Positions 10,001 through 20,130 of a stretch of 64,000 bases of DNA are shown in pieces (position 1 is the stretch's first letter; the number at the start of each line of letters is the position of its first letter). The notes under the pieces are model-generated. The model was not told where the DNA came from and searched no databases. It saw only the letters and a list, made by a program, of their open reading frames with translations. Source of the DNA: Acinetobacter phage AM24. Position numbers and translations under genes: made by a program. The stretch lies in sequence record KY000079.2. One strand, written 5' to 3'.

Positions 10001-10894
10001 ATGAGATATCACCTATATTCAATAAACACGGGAGAGGTAATCTCTCTTGATGCTACTACAAGCTTTAGTGAAAGCCATAAGGCCAATGTCACAGAGCATC
10101 CTGTGGAAATGGGCACACCAATTAGTGACCATGTGTTCTTATCCAACCCAACACTTAACCTGAAGGGTATCGTGACAGATTATGATGTAGTTAATAGTCA
10201 ATATATTGACTTGTCAAGCTTCTCGGTATCCTCAGTAGTTCAAGATGTAATTAGTCTTTTTAAGGACCCTACAGATGTTGATAATATTTCAACACAGGAT
10301 GACACTAAGTTAGACTTTAGGTCAATTGCTGTTGCAAACGCCTTGAAGAAAGCTTTTTATGATCGCCATGTTTTCTCTTTGTTTGTTTTAGATGACACAG
10401 AAGATACACCACCTATTGATCACTACAACACAGTGGTAATCGATGGTCTAAACTTCACTAGAAGTGCTGACAATGGTGGTGAAATGATTGAGGTTGATAT
10501 TGCACTCAAGCAAATACGATTAGCCAAAATCAGAAGATCTGAAGTGACAAAAGCCGAGAAGGATGCCTTAGATAAAGCTGTTTCTCAGACAGCTAAATCA
10601 AACGCTACTAAAGATAGTACTAGTGGTTCATCTAAGAGTACTAAAGATGGTAAAGGGACTAAAACAAGTGGTGATGGTGCCTTTTCAGATCCTTCAGATA
10701 TTAGCAAACAATTTGATGTTGGTGCTAAAGAAGGTGAAGGTGCTGGAAGTTTAGTTGGTAAGGTTAGATCCAAGACAGCAGCTATGGCTAAACAAAAGAT
10801 GGTAGATGCAGAAGATGCTAGAAAGTTAGCCGAAAGAAACCGAGCAGGTATTTCTGAAGGTAAAACTTACGGAACTACTTATGGTGGTAGATAA
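10001..10894 (+). CDS. Tail protein with a Ser/Thr/Lys-rich low-complexity C-terminus
   Basis: Follows the tape measure gene. The C-terminus reads SGSSKSTKDGKGTKTSGDG. Confidence 0.3.
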   Translation: MRYHLYSINTGEVISLDATTSFSESHKANVTEHPVEMGTPISDHVFLSNPTLNLKGIVTDYDVVNSQYIDLSSFSVSSVVQDVISLFKDPTDVDNISTQDDTKLDFRSIAVANALKKAFYDRHVFSLFVLDDTEDTPPIDHYNTVVIDGLNFTRSADNGGEMIEVDIALKQIRLAKIRRSEVTKAEKDALDKAVSQTAKSNATKDSTSGSSKSTKDGKGTKTSGDGAFSDPSDISKQFDVGAKEGEGAGSLVGKVRSKTAAMAKQKMVDAEDARKLAERNRAGISEGKTYGTTYGGR

Positions 10895-10908
10895 TTTAAG
10901 GAGTATGT

Positions 10909-11256
10909 ATGGAGCAATTAAAATATTATGGTTGTAGGGTAGCACTTTATAACGATAAAAATTACACATGCTTTATCAAGCTCTCAGATTTTACCTACCA
11001 CTTAGCCTTTAGGTACAACACCTTTGCTGGTGCATATATGTTAACTGTATATGATGCCAATGGTAATACCCTAATATCAAACAAAATGGTCAAACCTGAC
11101 AGGATGTTTGATATTAGACCTAGAGAGAATTCTGTAGAATCTTTGAACTTGGTATTTAACAAAATATTCCCAAATGCTGATATAAATTATGACAAATGGG
11201 ATGACAACATGATGTGCACAGCCTATCTTACACGATGGGAGAATGTAGAGCAATAG
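10909..11256 (+). CDS. Hypothetical tail protein
   Basis: RBS AAGGAG. Confidence 0.3.
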   Translation: MEQLKYYGCRVALYNDKNYTCFIKLSDFTYHLAFRYNTFAGAYMLTVYDANGNTLISNKMVKPDRMFDIRPRENSVESLNLVFNKIFPNADINYDKWDDNMMCTAYLTRWENVEQ

Positions 11257-11268
11257 GAAGGAGGGTTT

Positions 11269-12465
11269 ATGTCTGAATATTTATGGGACAGGAAGATCAG
11301 GGTTACAGTTTACAAACAAGGCTTGACAACTGATGAAATCACCAAAATCCTTGCAAGCACAGATGATGGTCTTGAAGAGGGTTTCGATAGAAGCCCAACT
11401 CAGACAGGTATTTTAAAGTTTGAAATTGATCAAGAGTTACCTATTGAATTTGAGATTACAAAAACTCTAGACAATAGTGGAAAGAATAACTCTGCAAGTT
11501 TAAGAATATACAATATTAGTGAAGATACTGCAAAAACTATGGGCCACCAAATGCTCACAGTTAAAATTGAAGTAGCTTATAGAGGTATGCCTCTTACACC
11601 AATCTTCTTAGGGGATGTTATTAGTGCATCCTACAAAAGAGGTAAAGAAGGAAACTATGCTGACTTTGAAATGAGTCAATCATACCTAATACAAAATACA
11701 GGAATCAAGTTCTCTGCTACATTCCCTGCTGGGATGACCTATGCGGAAGCTGTGTTTTTTGTTTTAGATTTTTATAGTTTTGCTGGTGAGTTTTACTCTG
11801 CCAAAGAAGATGAAATTGCCATGTTCCAAAAGCCATTACCTTATGGGTTAAGCTTAGAGGGAAACATGGCTGAATGTTTAGCAAAGCTTTTAAAGCCTAT
11901 AGGTATGAATTGGCACATTACTCAAGCTAACACTATTCAAATTTTTACTGATAGGGTTTTTGAGGAAGGTGGCACTAGTGGAACAATCTCAAAACAAGGT
12001 CTAGTTCCAAATAAAACACAATCAAGTGATGTTACAACAAGCACTGGTTTAACAATATACTCATTCGATGCTGATAGTGGTTTGATTGAAAAACCATACC
12101 TAAAAACTGAAACAGTTACAAAAAGAATGGGTGAGGTAGCTAACAACGAAACATTCATTGCAGTAAAACCTACAAAGTCAAAAGCTAAATCTACAAGTGA
12201 AGCGGTTGGTACAAATAAAAAGAAAACCAAAAAAGCTGTAAAGACACCAAACAAACCGAAGATCACTGTAGCTCGACAAGTTGTTGAGTTTAAAACCCTA
12301 CTATTACCTCAAATAGAACCAAAAACGGTTGTTGATATTGTTTCCAAAACACAGGAAAACATTAGTGGTCGTTATGGAATCTTAGAGGTTAAGTATACAG
12401 GTGCCAGCTATGATGATAAATGGTACTGTGAATGCATCGGAGTTGCAACCAGTAAGATAGATTAA
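11269..12465 (+). CDS. Baseplate hub-like protein (Mu gpP / P2 gpD-like position)
   Basis: RBS GGAAGGAGGG. Contains an internal Lys-rich stretch (KSKAKSTSEAVGTNKKKTKKAVKTPNKPK). Confidence 0.35.
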   Translation: MSEYLWDRKIRVTVYKQGLTTDEITKILASTDDGLEEGFDRSPTQTGILKFEIDQELPIEFEITKTLDNSGKNNSASLRIYNISEDTAKTMGHQMLTVKIEVAYRGMPLTPIFLGDVISASYKRGKEGNYADFEMSQSYLIQNTGIKFSATFPAGMTYAEAVFFVLDFYSFAGEFYSAKEDEIAMFQKPLPYGLSLEGNMAECLAKLLKPIGMNWHITQANTIQIFTDRVFEEGGTSGTISKQGLVPNKTQSSDVTTSTGLTIYSFDADSGLIEKPYLKTETVTKRMGEVANNETFIAVKPTKSKAKSTSEAVGTNKKKTKKAVKTPNKPKITVARQVVEFKTLLLPQIEPKTVVDIVSKTQENISGRYGILEVKYTGASYDDKWYCECIGVATSKID

Positions 12466-12475
12466 AGGAGTGAAC

Positions 12476-13219
12476 ATGAACACAGATTTTATCACAGCAC
12501 TAAAGAAAGGTGCACAAACTCAGACTGAGAACAGGTACTATTGTTTACCAGCCGAGGTTGTTGGTGTTGCCAATCTTGATAAGGGTGTAATTGATGTAAA
12601 ACCAATTATTGAACGAGTGTATGATGATGGATCTGTAAATGAAGTTCCTACCATATTATCTGTGCCAATAGCACACCCACACACAAGAAATAGTGCCATA
12701 ATGTTGCCAGTAAATCAAGGTGACAGTGTACTTTTAGTTTTCTCTCAAAGGGATATTTCTGCATTTAAAGGTGGAGCAAGAAGTTCCCATGAACCAGAAA
12801 CAAGAAGAGTTCATGATCTAAATGATGCCTTTGCCATTCTTGGAATTAGCCCCCTAGAGGAAAGCCCTTATGCATCACAGCAGCATTCCTTGCCACACTC
12901 CACAAGTGATGTTGTTGTGGTGCATAATTTAGGTTCTTCAAATGAAAATGAAGTAAGACTAAAACGCAATGGAGACATTGAGTTAACTACACCAAATAAT
13001 TTCGTAGTTAATGCAAAAACAGCACAATTTAATGTTGACAAATTGATAAATACGGGTGATAATATTGTAGAGGGAGACTCTACTGTAAATAGCAACCAGA
13101 CAGTTAATGGAATGACTAATCTTGTTGGTGGTGGTGTTGCCAAGGGAATCTCTCTAGAACAACATAGACACCATTACACCGATGATGGTAACGATATGAT
13201 TACAGACCCTCCACAATAG
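12476..13219 (+). CDS. Baseplate spike protein (gpV-like)
   Basis: N-terminal OB-fold-like pattern (LPAEVVGV...VDVKPI...LPVNQGDSVLLVFSQRD). An ATG at 12476 follows AAGGAG. Confidence 0.5.
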   Translation: MNTDFITALKKGAQTQTENRYYCLPAEVVGVANLDKGVIDVKPIIERVYDDGSVNEVPTILSVPIAHPHTRNSAIMLPVNQGDSVLLVFSQRDISAFKGGARSSHEPETRRVHDLNDAFAILGISPLEESPYASQQHSLPHSTSDVVVVHNLGSSNENEVRLKRNGDIELTTPNNFVVNAKTAQFNVDKLINTGDNIVEGDSTVNSNQTVNGMTNLVGGGVAKGISLEQHRHHYTDDGNDMITDPPQ

Positions 13220-13245
13220 TGAGGGTTTATTTTTAAGGGGTGTAT

Positions 13246-13656
13246 ATGGACATACTATTAGTAAATGGGAAGGTTTCCATTACAGGAAATCAACTCCATC
13301 CAACAACAGACCTTGCCAGTAAAGTTTCCCAAAGAATCTACGTAAGACTTAAAAGCAACAAAGGTTACTGGTTTCTTGACACTACCTTTGGGGTTGCTTG
13401 GCTTGATGAAATCTTTGGAAAAAGAAGAACTAAAGCTGCAATCGATACTCGACTTCAACAAGAAATCTTAAAAGACACTTATATTGAAAGAATTAGTTCT
13501 TGGTCATCTAACATTGATGGTCGTTCCTATAGTTGTCAATTTACCATACAGGTTATAAGAAGTCAAGATGAGGATAACACAATTACCATGAGGTTAGTTG
13601 GTAACGAATCTGGTCTTATCCTTCAAGATAGTCTAGGTAATGTATATGAAATATAG
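13246..13656 (+). CDS. Baseplate wedge protein (gpW/gp25-like)
   Basis: Size and position fit gpW/gp25. An ATG lies 7 nt after AAGGGG. Confidence 0.45.
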   Translation: MDILLVNGKVSITGNQLHPTTDLASKVSQRIYVRLKSNKGYWFLDTTFGVAWLDEIFGKRRTKAAIDTRLQQEILKDTYIERISSWSSNIDGRSYSCQFTIQVIRSQDEDNTITMRLVGNESGLILQDSLGNVYEI

Positions 13657-13665
13657 GAGGCTTAA

Positions 13666-15129
13666 ATGGCTAGAACTGTAAATGGAGTTTTACAAAGAGA
13701 TTCTTTATCAGATATTAGAACAAAGCTAAGAACCAAAGCTGTTGAGATTTTCCAAGAAGTTACACCTTATGGTCAATCAGTTGATACAGACCCAGCTTCT
13801 ATTTTAGGTAGATGGATTGATATTAATGCTGAAGCAAAATACGACCTTGAAGAAATAACTGAGTATCTTATTAATATGGCTGACTTAGACACAGCCGAAG
13901 GTAACAAACTTGAAGACATTACCAGTTTAGGTGGTATTGATAGATTACAGTCAACAGCTTCTCAGGTTTTACTTGTTGTTGTAGCTAAACCATATACAGT
14001 TATCCCAGCAGGTTCATTCATTAAGAGTGCTTACACTAACGACACTTTCTCAACCGACTATGAAATTCAAATCCAATCGACACAAGGAGAAGGCGGTGTT
14101 TTTGGTTATGACCTCAATGTTGCTGACTCTAGTGATCCAAACTTTAACTACGTCTTCACATGGCAACGAGATTCATCTCCGAGCACAAACATTAATGTTA
14201 ATGTACAACGTGGCACTGGTTCTTTTGACTCTTTTCTACAACTGCTTGTAGATACAATCAATCAAACAACCGATGATGTATTTGCTGAGATATCTTCAGA
14301 TGGATACCTTAAGATCACTACAACAGATTACAATGAAACAATATCACTAAAATTAACAGCAAGTCAAGTTGTTAATGTTTACCAAGGTGTTGAAGCAACC
14401 TGTACTAACTTAGGTGCTGTATCGGCTGATGCTGGTACTTTAACTTCAATTCAAAGTCCTGTTAATGGTTGGTTATCAGTTAATAACCCTTTTGATGCTT
14501 CTATTGGTTCAGAAATTCAAACCGATGAAGAATTGAGAGATTACTACAAAGCAGCTAAAAACTTTGGTGGGTCAAGTACTTTGAATGCTCTTCAAGCTTC
14601 CTTGTACAGAGTCTCAGGCGTTAAATACGTTTATATCAGTGAGAACACATCTAACATTACTACCACAATGCCTTCACACTCATTCAGTGCTGTAGTTCTT
14701 GGTGGAAGAAGAGATGATATCGCACAGGTTATCTTCGAAAATAAACCTCTAGGTATTAACTCTTTTGGTTCTTCTGAAGGTAATGCTGTTGATATCAATG
14801 GAAACAACTACACTGTTAATTTTAGTCGGCCTGAGTTTGTTCCTATTGCTATCAGAATCAGTCTTACACAACAAGCTGGTTTCGAAAATAGTAACTACGA
14901 TCAAATTAGACAGAATATTATCAATTATCTAAACAGTATGCAATATGGTGGAGGGGTTGTTTCAATATCAAGACTTTATACACCAATTAATGCGGTGCCA
15001 AACCACTATATTAATAGTTTGGAAATTGGTCGAATAGTGAATGGTGTACCTGAATATGGAACATCAAACATTACTCTTCAATATAATGAGATACCAACAA
15101 TCAATCCAGAAAACATCCAATTCTACTAG
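13666..15129 (+). CDS. Baseplate J-like protein
   Basis: A 487-aa gene lying after the W-like gene and before the I-like gene. Confidence 0.5.
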   Translation: MARTVNGVLQRDSLSDIRTKLRTKAVEIFQEVTPYGQSVDTDPASILGRWIDINAEAKYDLEEITEYLINMADLDTAEGNKLEDITSLGGIDRLQSTASQVLLVVVAKPYTVIPAGSFIKSAYTNDTFSTDYEIQIQSTQGEGGVFGYDLNVADSSDPNFNYVFTWQRDSSPSTNINVNVQRGTGSFDSFLQLLVDTINQTTDDVFAEISSDGYLKITTTDYNETISLKLTASQVVNVYQGVEATCTNLGAVSADAGTLTSIQSPVNGWLSVNNPFDASIGSEIQTDEELRDYYKAAKNFGGSSTLNALQASLYRVSGVKYVYISENTSNITTTMPSHSFSAVVLGGRRDDIAQVIFENKPLGINSFGSSEGNAVDINGNNYTVNFSRPEFVPIAIRISLTQQAGFENSNYDQIRQNIINYLNSMQYGGGVVSISRLYTPINAVPNHYINSLEIGRIVNGVPEYGTSNITLQYNEIPTINPENIQFY

Positions 15130-15137
15130 GAGGTTAT

Positions 15138-15764
15138 ATGATAGATCATAGCTTCACAGAAAAAGCTCGATCAAGATATACAGGAACTTTTAAGGGTGAT
15201 GGTGTTTTTGATTGTGCAGTTAGAACTGGTATTGCATATGAACAAGATTGCTTAGATCAGTTTGATGACTTTGTTGATAAGCTTTTCAACATTGAAAAAT
15301 CTTCTGGTTTGATGTTGGACCTTATAGGGAAAATTGTAGGTCAGGATAGGGTTTTAATTTCTTACACTGACCAAAAGAATTTTGGTTTCTTAGGTCACCC
15401 CTTGGCAGAATCCTTTGGTACAAAAGCAAATCCAAATATTGGTGGTTATTGGAAGAGTTCTTCGTCTTCCAGCACTATTTATAGGAAGATGGCTGATGAT
15501 ACTTACAGGACTGTCTTGAGGGCAAGAATTGCATCAAATATCTCTAGAGGAACTATCAATGACTTCCTCAGAGTTATAAATATTCTTACTGGTCACACCA
15601 GATCTCAAATTATTGAGGGTCCTGAAAGTGGTAGTGTAACTTTGGTAATCCCTTCGGGTAATGCAACATTAGTTCAATATTATTATACACGTATAGGACA
15701 ACCAGATCAAATTCTGCCAATTCCTGTAGGTGTTAGTTTAAAAGTTATTATTGTAGAGGAATAA
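15138..15764 (+). CDS. Baseplate/tail protein I-like
   Basis: RBS AGGAGG. Assigned by position. Confidence 0.4.
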   Translation: MIDHSFTEKARSRYTGTFKGDGVFDCAVRTGIAYEQDCLDQFDDFVDKLFNIEKSSGLMLDLIGKIVGQDRVLISYTDQKNFGFLGHPLAESFGTKANPNIGGYWKSSSSSSTIYRKMADDTYRTVLRARIASNISRGTINDFLRVINILTGHTRSQIIEGPESGSVTLVIPSGNATLVQYYYTRIGQPDQILPIPVGVSLKVIIVEE

Positions 15765-15765
15765 A

Positions 15766-16854
15766 ATGGCAAGAATTAACAAGCCCAACGACTACAATGT
15801 TATTTGGGCACAATCAGGTGGTAAATCTGATATTACAGCTAAGATTCCTGAAGGTTGGGTTGTTGAGATTCCTGACTTTGAAGATATGAACGCCCTTCAG
15901 TACAGACAAGATAGAGCCATTGCTTATCTTCTACAAGCTGGTGTTCCTGAGTGGGGTTCTAGTAGTGTTTACTATGTAAACCAAATTACAAACAGAAGCG
16001 GTGTATTGTATAGAGCTATTCAAGAAAACCAAGGAAGAGACCCTTCAACCTCAGTTGCTAATGGTTATTGGGAAAAATTATCACCTTCTTATGCTGAGTT
16101 CACAACACTTCAAAATAGGATAAACTCAACAGATCCATTCTCACAATACATCCTTAAAACTCAACCAGTAGTTTCTGTATCTATAGGTGCTACTGGTTAT
16201 CGGTCCAACATTGAGCCAACGACAGGTATGTTCTTTAATGGAACCGAGATGGAGTTTAGAAAATCAGGAACAACAACAGCAGTTATCCCTCCAGAAACAT
16301 TGAGTATTGAGGATAATAGCAGAAACTTAGCAACAACTGCTTGGGTAAAATCTTTAATTGCAGACGAGATTTCTAAAGTTACAACTAAGTTCCAGATTGG
16401 TATCGGTGAATCAATTATCAGTAATAACCCACAAAACCCAGCAACAACTAAAGGTTATGGTGTTTGGGCTTTAGATTGCCAAGGTAGAACAATTGTAGGT
16501 GTTTCACAAAATACACCAGACCCTACTTGGACGAAAACTGTAAATAGTTTGTTTGGTGCTTACACAAACACATTAACTACAGATAATATCCCACCACATA
16601 GACACTTTGCCGTAAGAATTGGTAACCCTATTGGCGATATGTCTTTAACTAATAATGTCTTTGTGAATGCACACAGAACCAACTCTGATTATAACGGATA
16701 TATTGCTGGTTCAACAAACCCAAGTGAGATTCCAAATACAGGTGTGACATCAAATCCAATTGGAACTGATGGTCAACCTATCGGTGGGACAGCAGCGTCT
16801 TTTAGTAATGTTCAGCCATCACAAACCAAGTATATCTGGACAAGAATCGCTTAA
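15766..16854 (+). CDS. Tail fiber or receptor-binding protein
   Basis: Follows the J/I pair. Rich in Thr/Asn/Gly. Confidence 0.4.
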   Translation: MARINKPNDYNVIWAQSGGKSDITAKIPEGWVVEIPDFEDMNALQYRQDRAIAYLLQAGVPEWGSSSVYYVNQITNRSGVLYRAIQENQGRDPSTSVANGYWEKLSPSYAEFTTLQNRINSTDPFSQYILKTQPVVSVSIGATGYRSNIEPTTGMFFNGTEMEFRKSGTTTAVIPPETLSIEDNSRNLATTAWVKSLIADEISKVTTKFQIGIGESIISNNPQNPATTKGYGVWALDCQGRTIVGVSQNTPDPTWTKTVNSLFGAYTNTLTTDNIPPHRHFAVRIGNPIGDMSLTNNVFVNAHRTNSDYNGYIAGSTNPSEIPNTGVTSNPIGTDGQPIGGTAASFSNVQPSQTKYIWTRIA

Positions 16855-16869
16855 TTAGGAGTAGGAGTG

Positions 16870-17253
16870 ATGGAGATATTTTCAATTAGTACAGCTATTG
16901 CCTTCATCAAACCTATAATTCCAAATATCATCGGTGGTGCTTTATCCATTAAGGATGAGATAACAAGTGGTGCTAAAGAACAATCTTTCAAGAGGTACTT
17001 TGTTCTTTTCATTATGTTTATCTTGGCAGTATCTTTTGGGTACTACCTTGGTGGCTTTATTATTGAGTATTTGAAGATAGAGAAATGGAGTGGTGACTTG
17101 CCCACATTCTCTTATGCAATGATCATGATATTAGCCACAGCATCGAGTCTAAGGTTTATTAAGAAATTCACAAGCCGTATCGAAGAAGTATTGGATTTAA
17201 TCTTTGATGGTTTTATCGGCTTGATCAAAACCATATTTAAGATGGATAAGTGA
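16870..17253 (+). CDS. Small three-TM membrane protein (holin-like)
   Basis: Three hydrophobic segments, for example YFVLFIMFILAVSFGYYLGGFII. Confidence 0.35.
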   Translation: MEIFSISTAIAFIKPIIPNIIGGALSIKDEITSGAKEQSFKRYFVLFIMFILAVSFGYYLGGFIIEYLKIEKWSGDLPTFSYAMIMILATASSLRFIKKFTSRIEEVLDLIFDGFIGLIKTIFKMDK

Positions 17254-17274
17254 TAGCCATGAAGGAGTTATCGA

Positions 17275-17601
17275 ATGAATAACATTATCGACAGTATTAC
17301 TGCATCTTTTGTTGGAATAGCTTTGTTGCTAACCCCAACAGTTGTATTCCAAGGGGTGATGGTTGCACTTGTCGCCTTTTTCATTTGGATTGAGTATTTC
17401 TCAAAGAAATTTGATAAGAATGGTTTTATGTATGTGATGTTCACATTTATAGGAATGTCAGCATCCATACTCTATTACTATGCCCCTAGTATTCAGACCG
17501 ATTTTGGTTGGACTATAGCGTTAATTACATTTAGTTTATACACAATATACTTCTTAAAGTATATTTGGAGAATGAGAAAAGATAATCGCACAGGAGATTA
17601 G
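17275..17601 (+). CDS. Small three-TM membrane protein (holin/antiholin-like)
   Basis: RBS AAGGAG. Three hydrophobic segments. Confidence 0.35.
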   Translation: MNNIIDSITASFVGIALLLTPTVVFQGVMVALVAFFIWIEYFSKKFDKNGFMYVMFTFIGMSASILYYYAPSIQTDFGWTIALITFSLYTIYFLKYIWRMRKDNRTGD

Positions 17602-17602
17602 A

Positions 17603-18847
17603 ATGGAACAACTTGTTTTAAATATTAATAAAGTCCCTGTTGTGGAAGCCTCTCAATTTAAATACTCAGACCATATTTTTGTTTCAGTTAATGGTCAATT
17701 TAAAAGAATGAAAAGAACTGATCTCCTTACCTTATTGAGTGCTGATGTTAAAGGTGAAAAAGGTGATAGAGGTCCGATTGGTTTACAAGGTAGGACTGGA
17801 GCTACAGGTGCAACTGGGGCCACAGGAGCTACAGGTGCAACTGGAGATAAAGGTGTTAAGGGAGATCGTGGAGATGCTGGTTTCCGAGGATGGTCACCAG
17901 TCTTCAAATCTGTAGCTGACTCTGGATCTATCTACCTATACCTAAGTGATTGGGTTGGTGGTGAAAATACAAAACCTGATGTTCTAGGTTATATCTCACC
18001 TACAGGGATTGTAAACTATATCTCTGAGGGCGCAACTGCAATCAACACTGACTTTGCACCACAAATCAATGACCTTCAAACAAGTAAACTAGATGTTGGC
18101 TCTACAACTAGTGCTATCCCTGAAGGTTCAAACTTATATTATACAGATGCACGAGTTCGTGCTGCAACCCTTACAGGTCTCTCTACTGCGACCTCTACAG
18201 CTATTGCAGCGACTGATACTGTATTAAGTGCATTTGGCAAGGCACAGGCTCAACTTAACCTTAAACAGAACAGTGCAAGCTTAGGAACAGATGTACAAGC
18301 TACAGTTCTATCTACTTACACTGTTGGTGGTAATACAGCAATTGCCAACACTGATACCATAGCAGCAGCTTTTGGTAAAGCTCAAGGGCAAATTAATGCT
18401 AGACAACTTTCAGCCAATCTTTCATCTGATGTTCAGGCGTTAGTACTTTCAAGTTATGTTGTTGGTTCTAACACAGCTTTAGCCAATACAGATACTTTCA
18501 TTGCTGCTCTTGGCAAGTTGCAAGGTCAGATCAATGCTAGAGAGGTAGCTGCCAATGTACCAGCAGATGTTAGGGCAACAGTTCTTACAGGTCTCTCTAC
18601 AGCGACCTCTACAGCAATTACTGCTACAGATACTGTCTTGTCAGCCTTCGGGAAATTACAAGCCCAAGTCAACTTGAAACAAGACTCATCTACCCTAGCT
18701 GCAAATGTAAGATCAACAACCCTTACAGGTTTCTCTGCAACACCAAACTCAGCAGTAGTTGCAGCAGATACACTATTGGCAGCAATAGGAAAATTACAGG
18801 CTCAAGTTGATAGTTTATCTTCTAGAGTAACAGCACTAGGAGGATAA
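17603..18847 (+). CDS. Collagen-like tail fiber protein with internal tandem repeats
   Basis: Gly-X-Y tract (KGEKGDRGPIGLQGRTGATGATGATGATGATGDKGVKGDRGDAGFRG), followed by about five ~47-aa repeats (..NTAxANTDT..A.GK.QGQINAR..). Confidence 0.6.
   Translation: MEQLVLNINKVPVVEASQFKYSDHIFVSVNGQFKRMKRTDLLTLLSADVKGEKGDRGPIGLQGRTGATGATGATGATGATGDKGVKGDRGDAGFRGWSPVFKSVADSGSIYLYLSDWVGGENTKPDVLGYISPTGIVNYISEGATAINTDFAPQINDLQTSKLDVGSTTSAIPEGSNLYYTDARVRAATLTGLSTATSTAIAATDTVLSAFGKAQAQLNLKQNSASLGTDVQATVLSTYTVGGNTAIANTDTIAAAFGKAQGQINARQLSANLSSDVQALVLSSYVVGSNTALANTDTFIAALGKLQGQINAREVAANVPADVRATVLTGLSTATSTAITATDTVLSAFGKLQAQVNLKQDSSTLAANVRSTTLTGFSATPNSAVVAADTLLAAIGKLQAQVDSLSSRVTALGG
17750..17890 (+). repeat. 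Gly-X-Y collagen-like triplet repeat
   Basis: Repeated ggagctacaggtgcaact units; the antisense strand gives the spurious Pro/Val/Ala ORF. Confidence 0.7.
18168..18690 (+). repeat. Internal direct repeats within the fiber gene; copies of about 100 bp at ~18170 and ~18585 are nearly identical
   Basis: cccttacaggtctctctac(t/a)gcgacctctacagc... appears twice, about 415 bp apart. Confidence 0.6.
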
Positions 18848-18848
18848 T

Positions 18849-19415
18849 ATGGCAACAACTTTTCTAGAGGAAACTGTGGAAGTTTCAATTTCTCGTGAAG
18901 AGGCACCAACAACCTCTTCAGGAGTTGACCTAAGAAATATTTTAATTGTTAGTGACAACCCTAGATATTCAGATAGTCATCGAGTTTACTCATCTGTTTC
19001 TGAAATGAAAATGGATGGTTTCACCAGTGATGACTTCGCTTTAAAATTTGCTGCTCTTTACTTCCCAAACACAACAATACCCTACGATAGACCAAAGCTT
19101 ATTGTATCTGGTGGTGCTCTTCTAACAGACTACCATGAATATATTAACAAGATATCTCAAGTATTGCAATCAACAGATAACTTTGGATTGATTATTACTG
19201 ATGGTTTATATAGGGGCTTGACTGAGGAACAGGGTGCCAACTTTGTAATTAATGTTGCCCAGTATGTTGAAACTACTGAGAAGTTTTATGCAGTTTTTCT
19301 CGACAATAGATTTATGCCTGAATACAAAAAATTCATCCACACAGCTAGTGACGATGTTGTACTAACAGAATCACCTGAAGGATTATTGACAGAGAGTTCT
19401 TTTGTCAAAGAGTAA
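18849..19415 (+). CDS. Hypothetical, possibly a tail fiber assembly or accessory protein
   Basis: RBS GGAGG. Assigned by position. Confidence 0.3.
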   Translation: MATTFLEETVEVSISREEAPTTSSGVDLRNILIVSDNPRYSDSHRVYSSVSEMKMDGFTSDDFALKFAALYFPNTTIPYDRPKLIVSGGALLTDYHEYINKISQVLQSTDNFGLIITDGLYRGLTEEQGANFVINVAQYVETTEKFYAVFLDNRFMPEYKKFIHTASDDVVLTESPEGLLTESSFVKE

Positions 19416-19441
19416 TTCAAGGCAGTTAAAAGGAGTTTAAC

Positions 19442-20116
19442 ATGGACATTTTAAAATTTAACTCTCGTGGTGATTTAGTAGTTCACCTACAGAAAAAACT
19501 TGCATCATTAGGCTATAAGTTAAACCCAGATGGGATCTTTGGAAAGGCCACTCAAGAAGCTGTTATTCATTTCCAAAGACAAAATGGTTTAACTTCTGAT
19601 GGTATCGTTGGCAAGTTAACTTGGTCTATGTTGGACTCTAAAACTTCATCAATAGGTAAAACTAGAACAATTAGCCAAAACGGTATTAACTTTATAAAAA
19701 GTTTTGAGGGTTTAAGACTACGTGCTTATGACGATGGTGTTGGGGTGATCACTATTGGTTATGGCACAACTCGTTATCCAAATGGTCATAAAGTTCAATT
19801 AGGCGATACCTGCACTGAAAAACAGGCAGAACAGTACTTATCCAATGATTTAGTCAAGTTTGAAAAGGCTGTTAATGAACTAGTCAAAGTTCCAGTCAAT
19901 CAAAACCAATATGATGCACTTGTTAGCTTCACATACAATGTTGGAGTAGGTGCACTATCAACAAGTAAGGCTTTAAAGCTTCTAAATGCTGGTGATTACA
20001 CTGGTTGTGCTAAAGCAATGCTTTCTTGGAATAAGGGTCGTGTTGGTGGAAAACTTGTTGAAATCGGTGGTCTAACCAGAAGAAGAAATGCAGAAAAGGA
20101 TTTATTTTTAAAATAA
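19442..20116 (+). CDS. Endolysin with an N-terminal peptidoglycan-binding domain and a GH24 (T4-type) lysozyme domain
   Basis: PG_binding_1-like N-terminus (LQKKLASLGY...DGIFG..T..AV..FQ). Lysozyme motifs GLRLRAYDD..ITIGYG and QYDALVSFTYNVG. Confidence 0.8.
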   Translation: MDILKFNSRGDLVVHLQKKLASLGYKLNPDGIFGKATQEAVIHFQRQNGLTSDGIVGKLTWSMLDSKTSSIGKTRTISQNGINFIKSFEGLRLRAYDDGVGVITIGYGTTRYPNGHKVQLGDTCTEKQAEQYLSNDLVKFEKAVNELVKVPVNQNQYDALVSFTYNVGVGALSTSKALKLLNAGDYTGCAKAMLSWNKGRVGGKLVEIGGLTRRRNAEKDLFLK

Positions 20117-20130
20117 TCAAGGAGTGATTT

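Noticed and set aside
2889-13461. Numerous minus-strand ORFs inside structural genes (2889..3098, 4269..4466, 5103..5303, 6847..7056, 7788..8051, 9018..9425, 9543..9761, 10585..10773, 11937..12266, 12868..13143, 13258..13461)
   Set aside because: Each lies fully inside an RBS-supported + strand gene. None has an RBS. They are antisense shadow ORFs
17695-17907. Minus-strand ORF encoding PVAPVAPVAPVAPV
   Set aside because: It is the antisense shadow of the Gly-X-Y collagen repeat in the 17603 fiber gene
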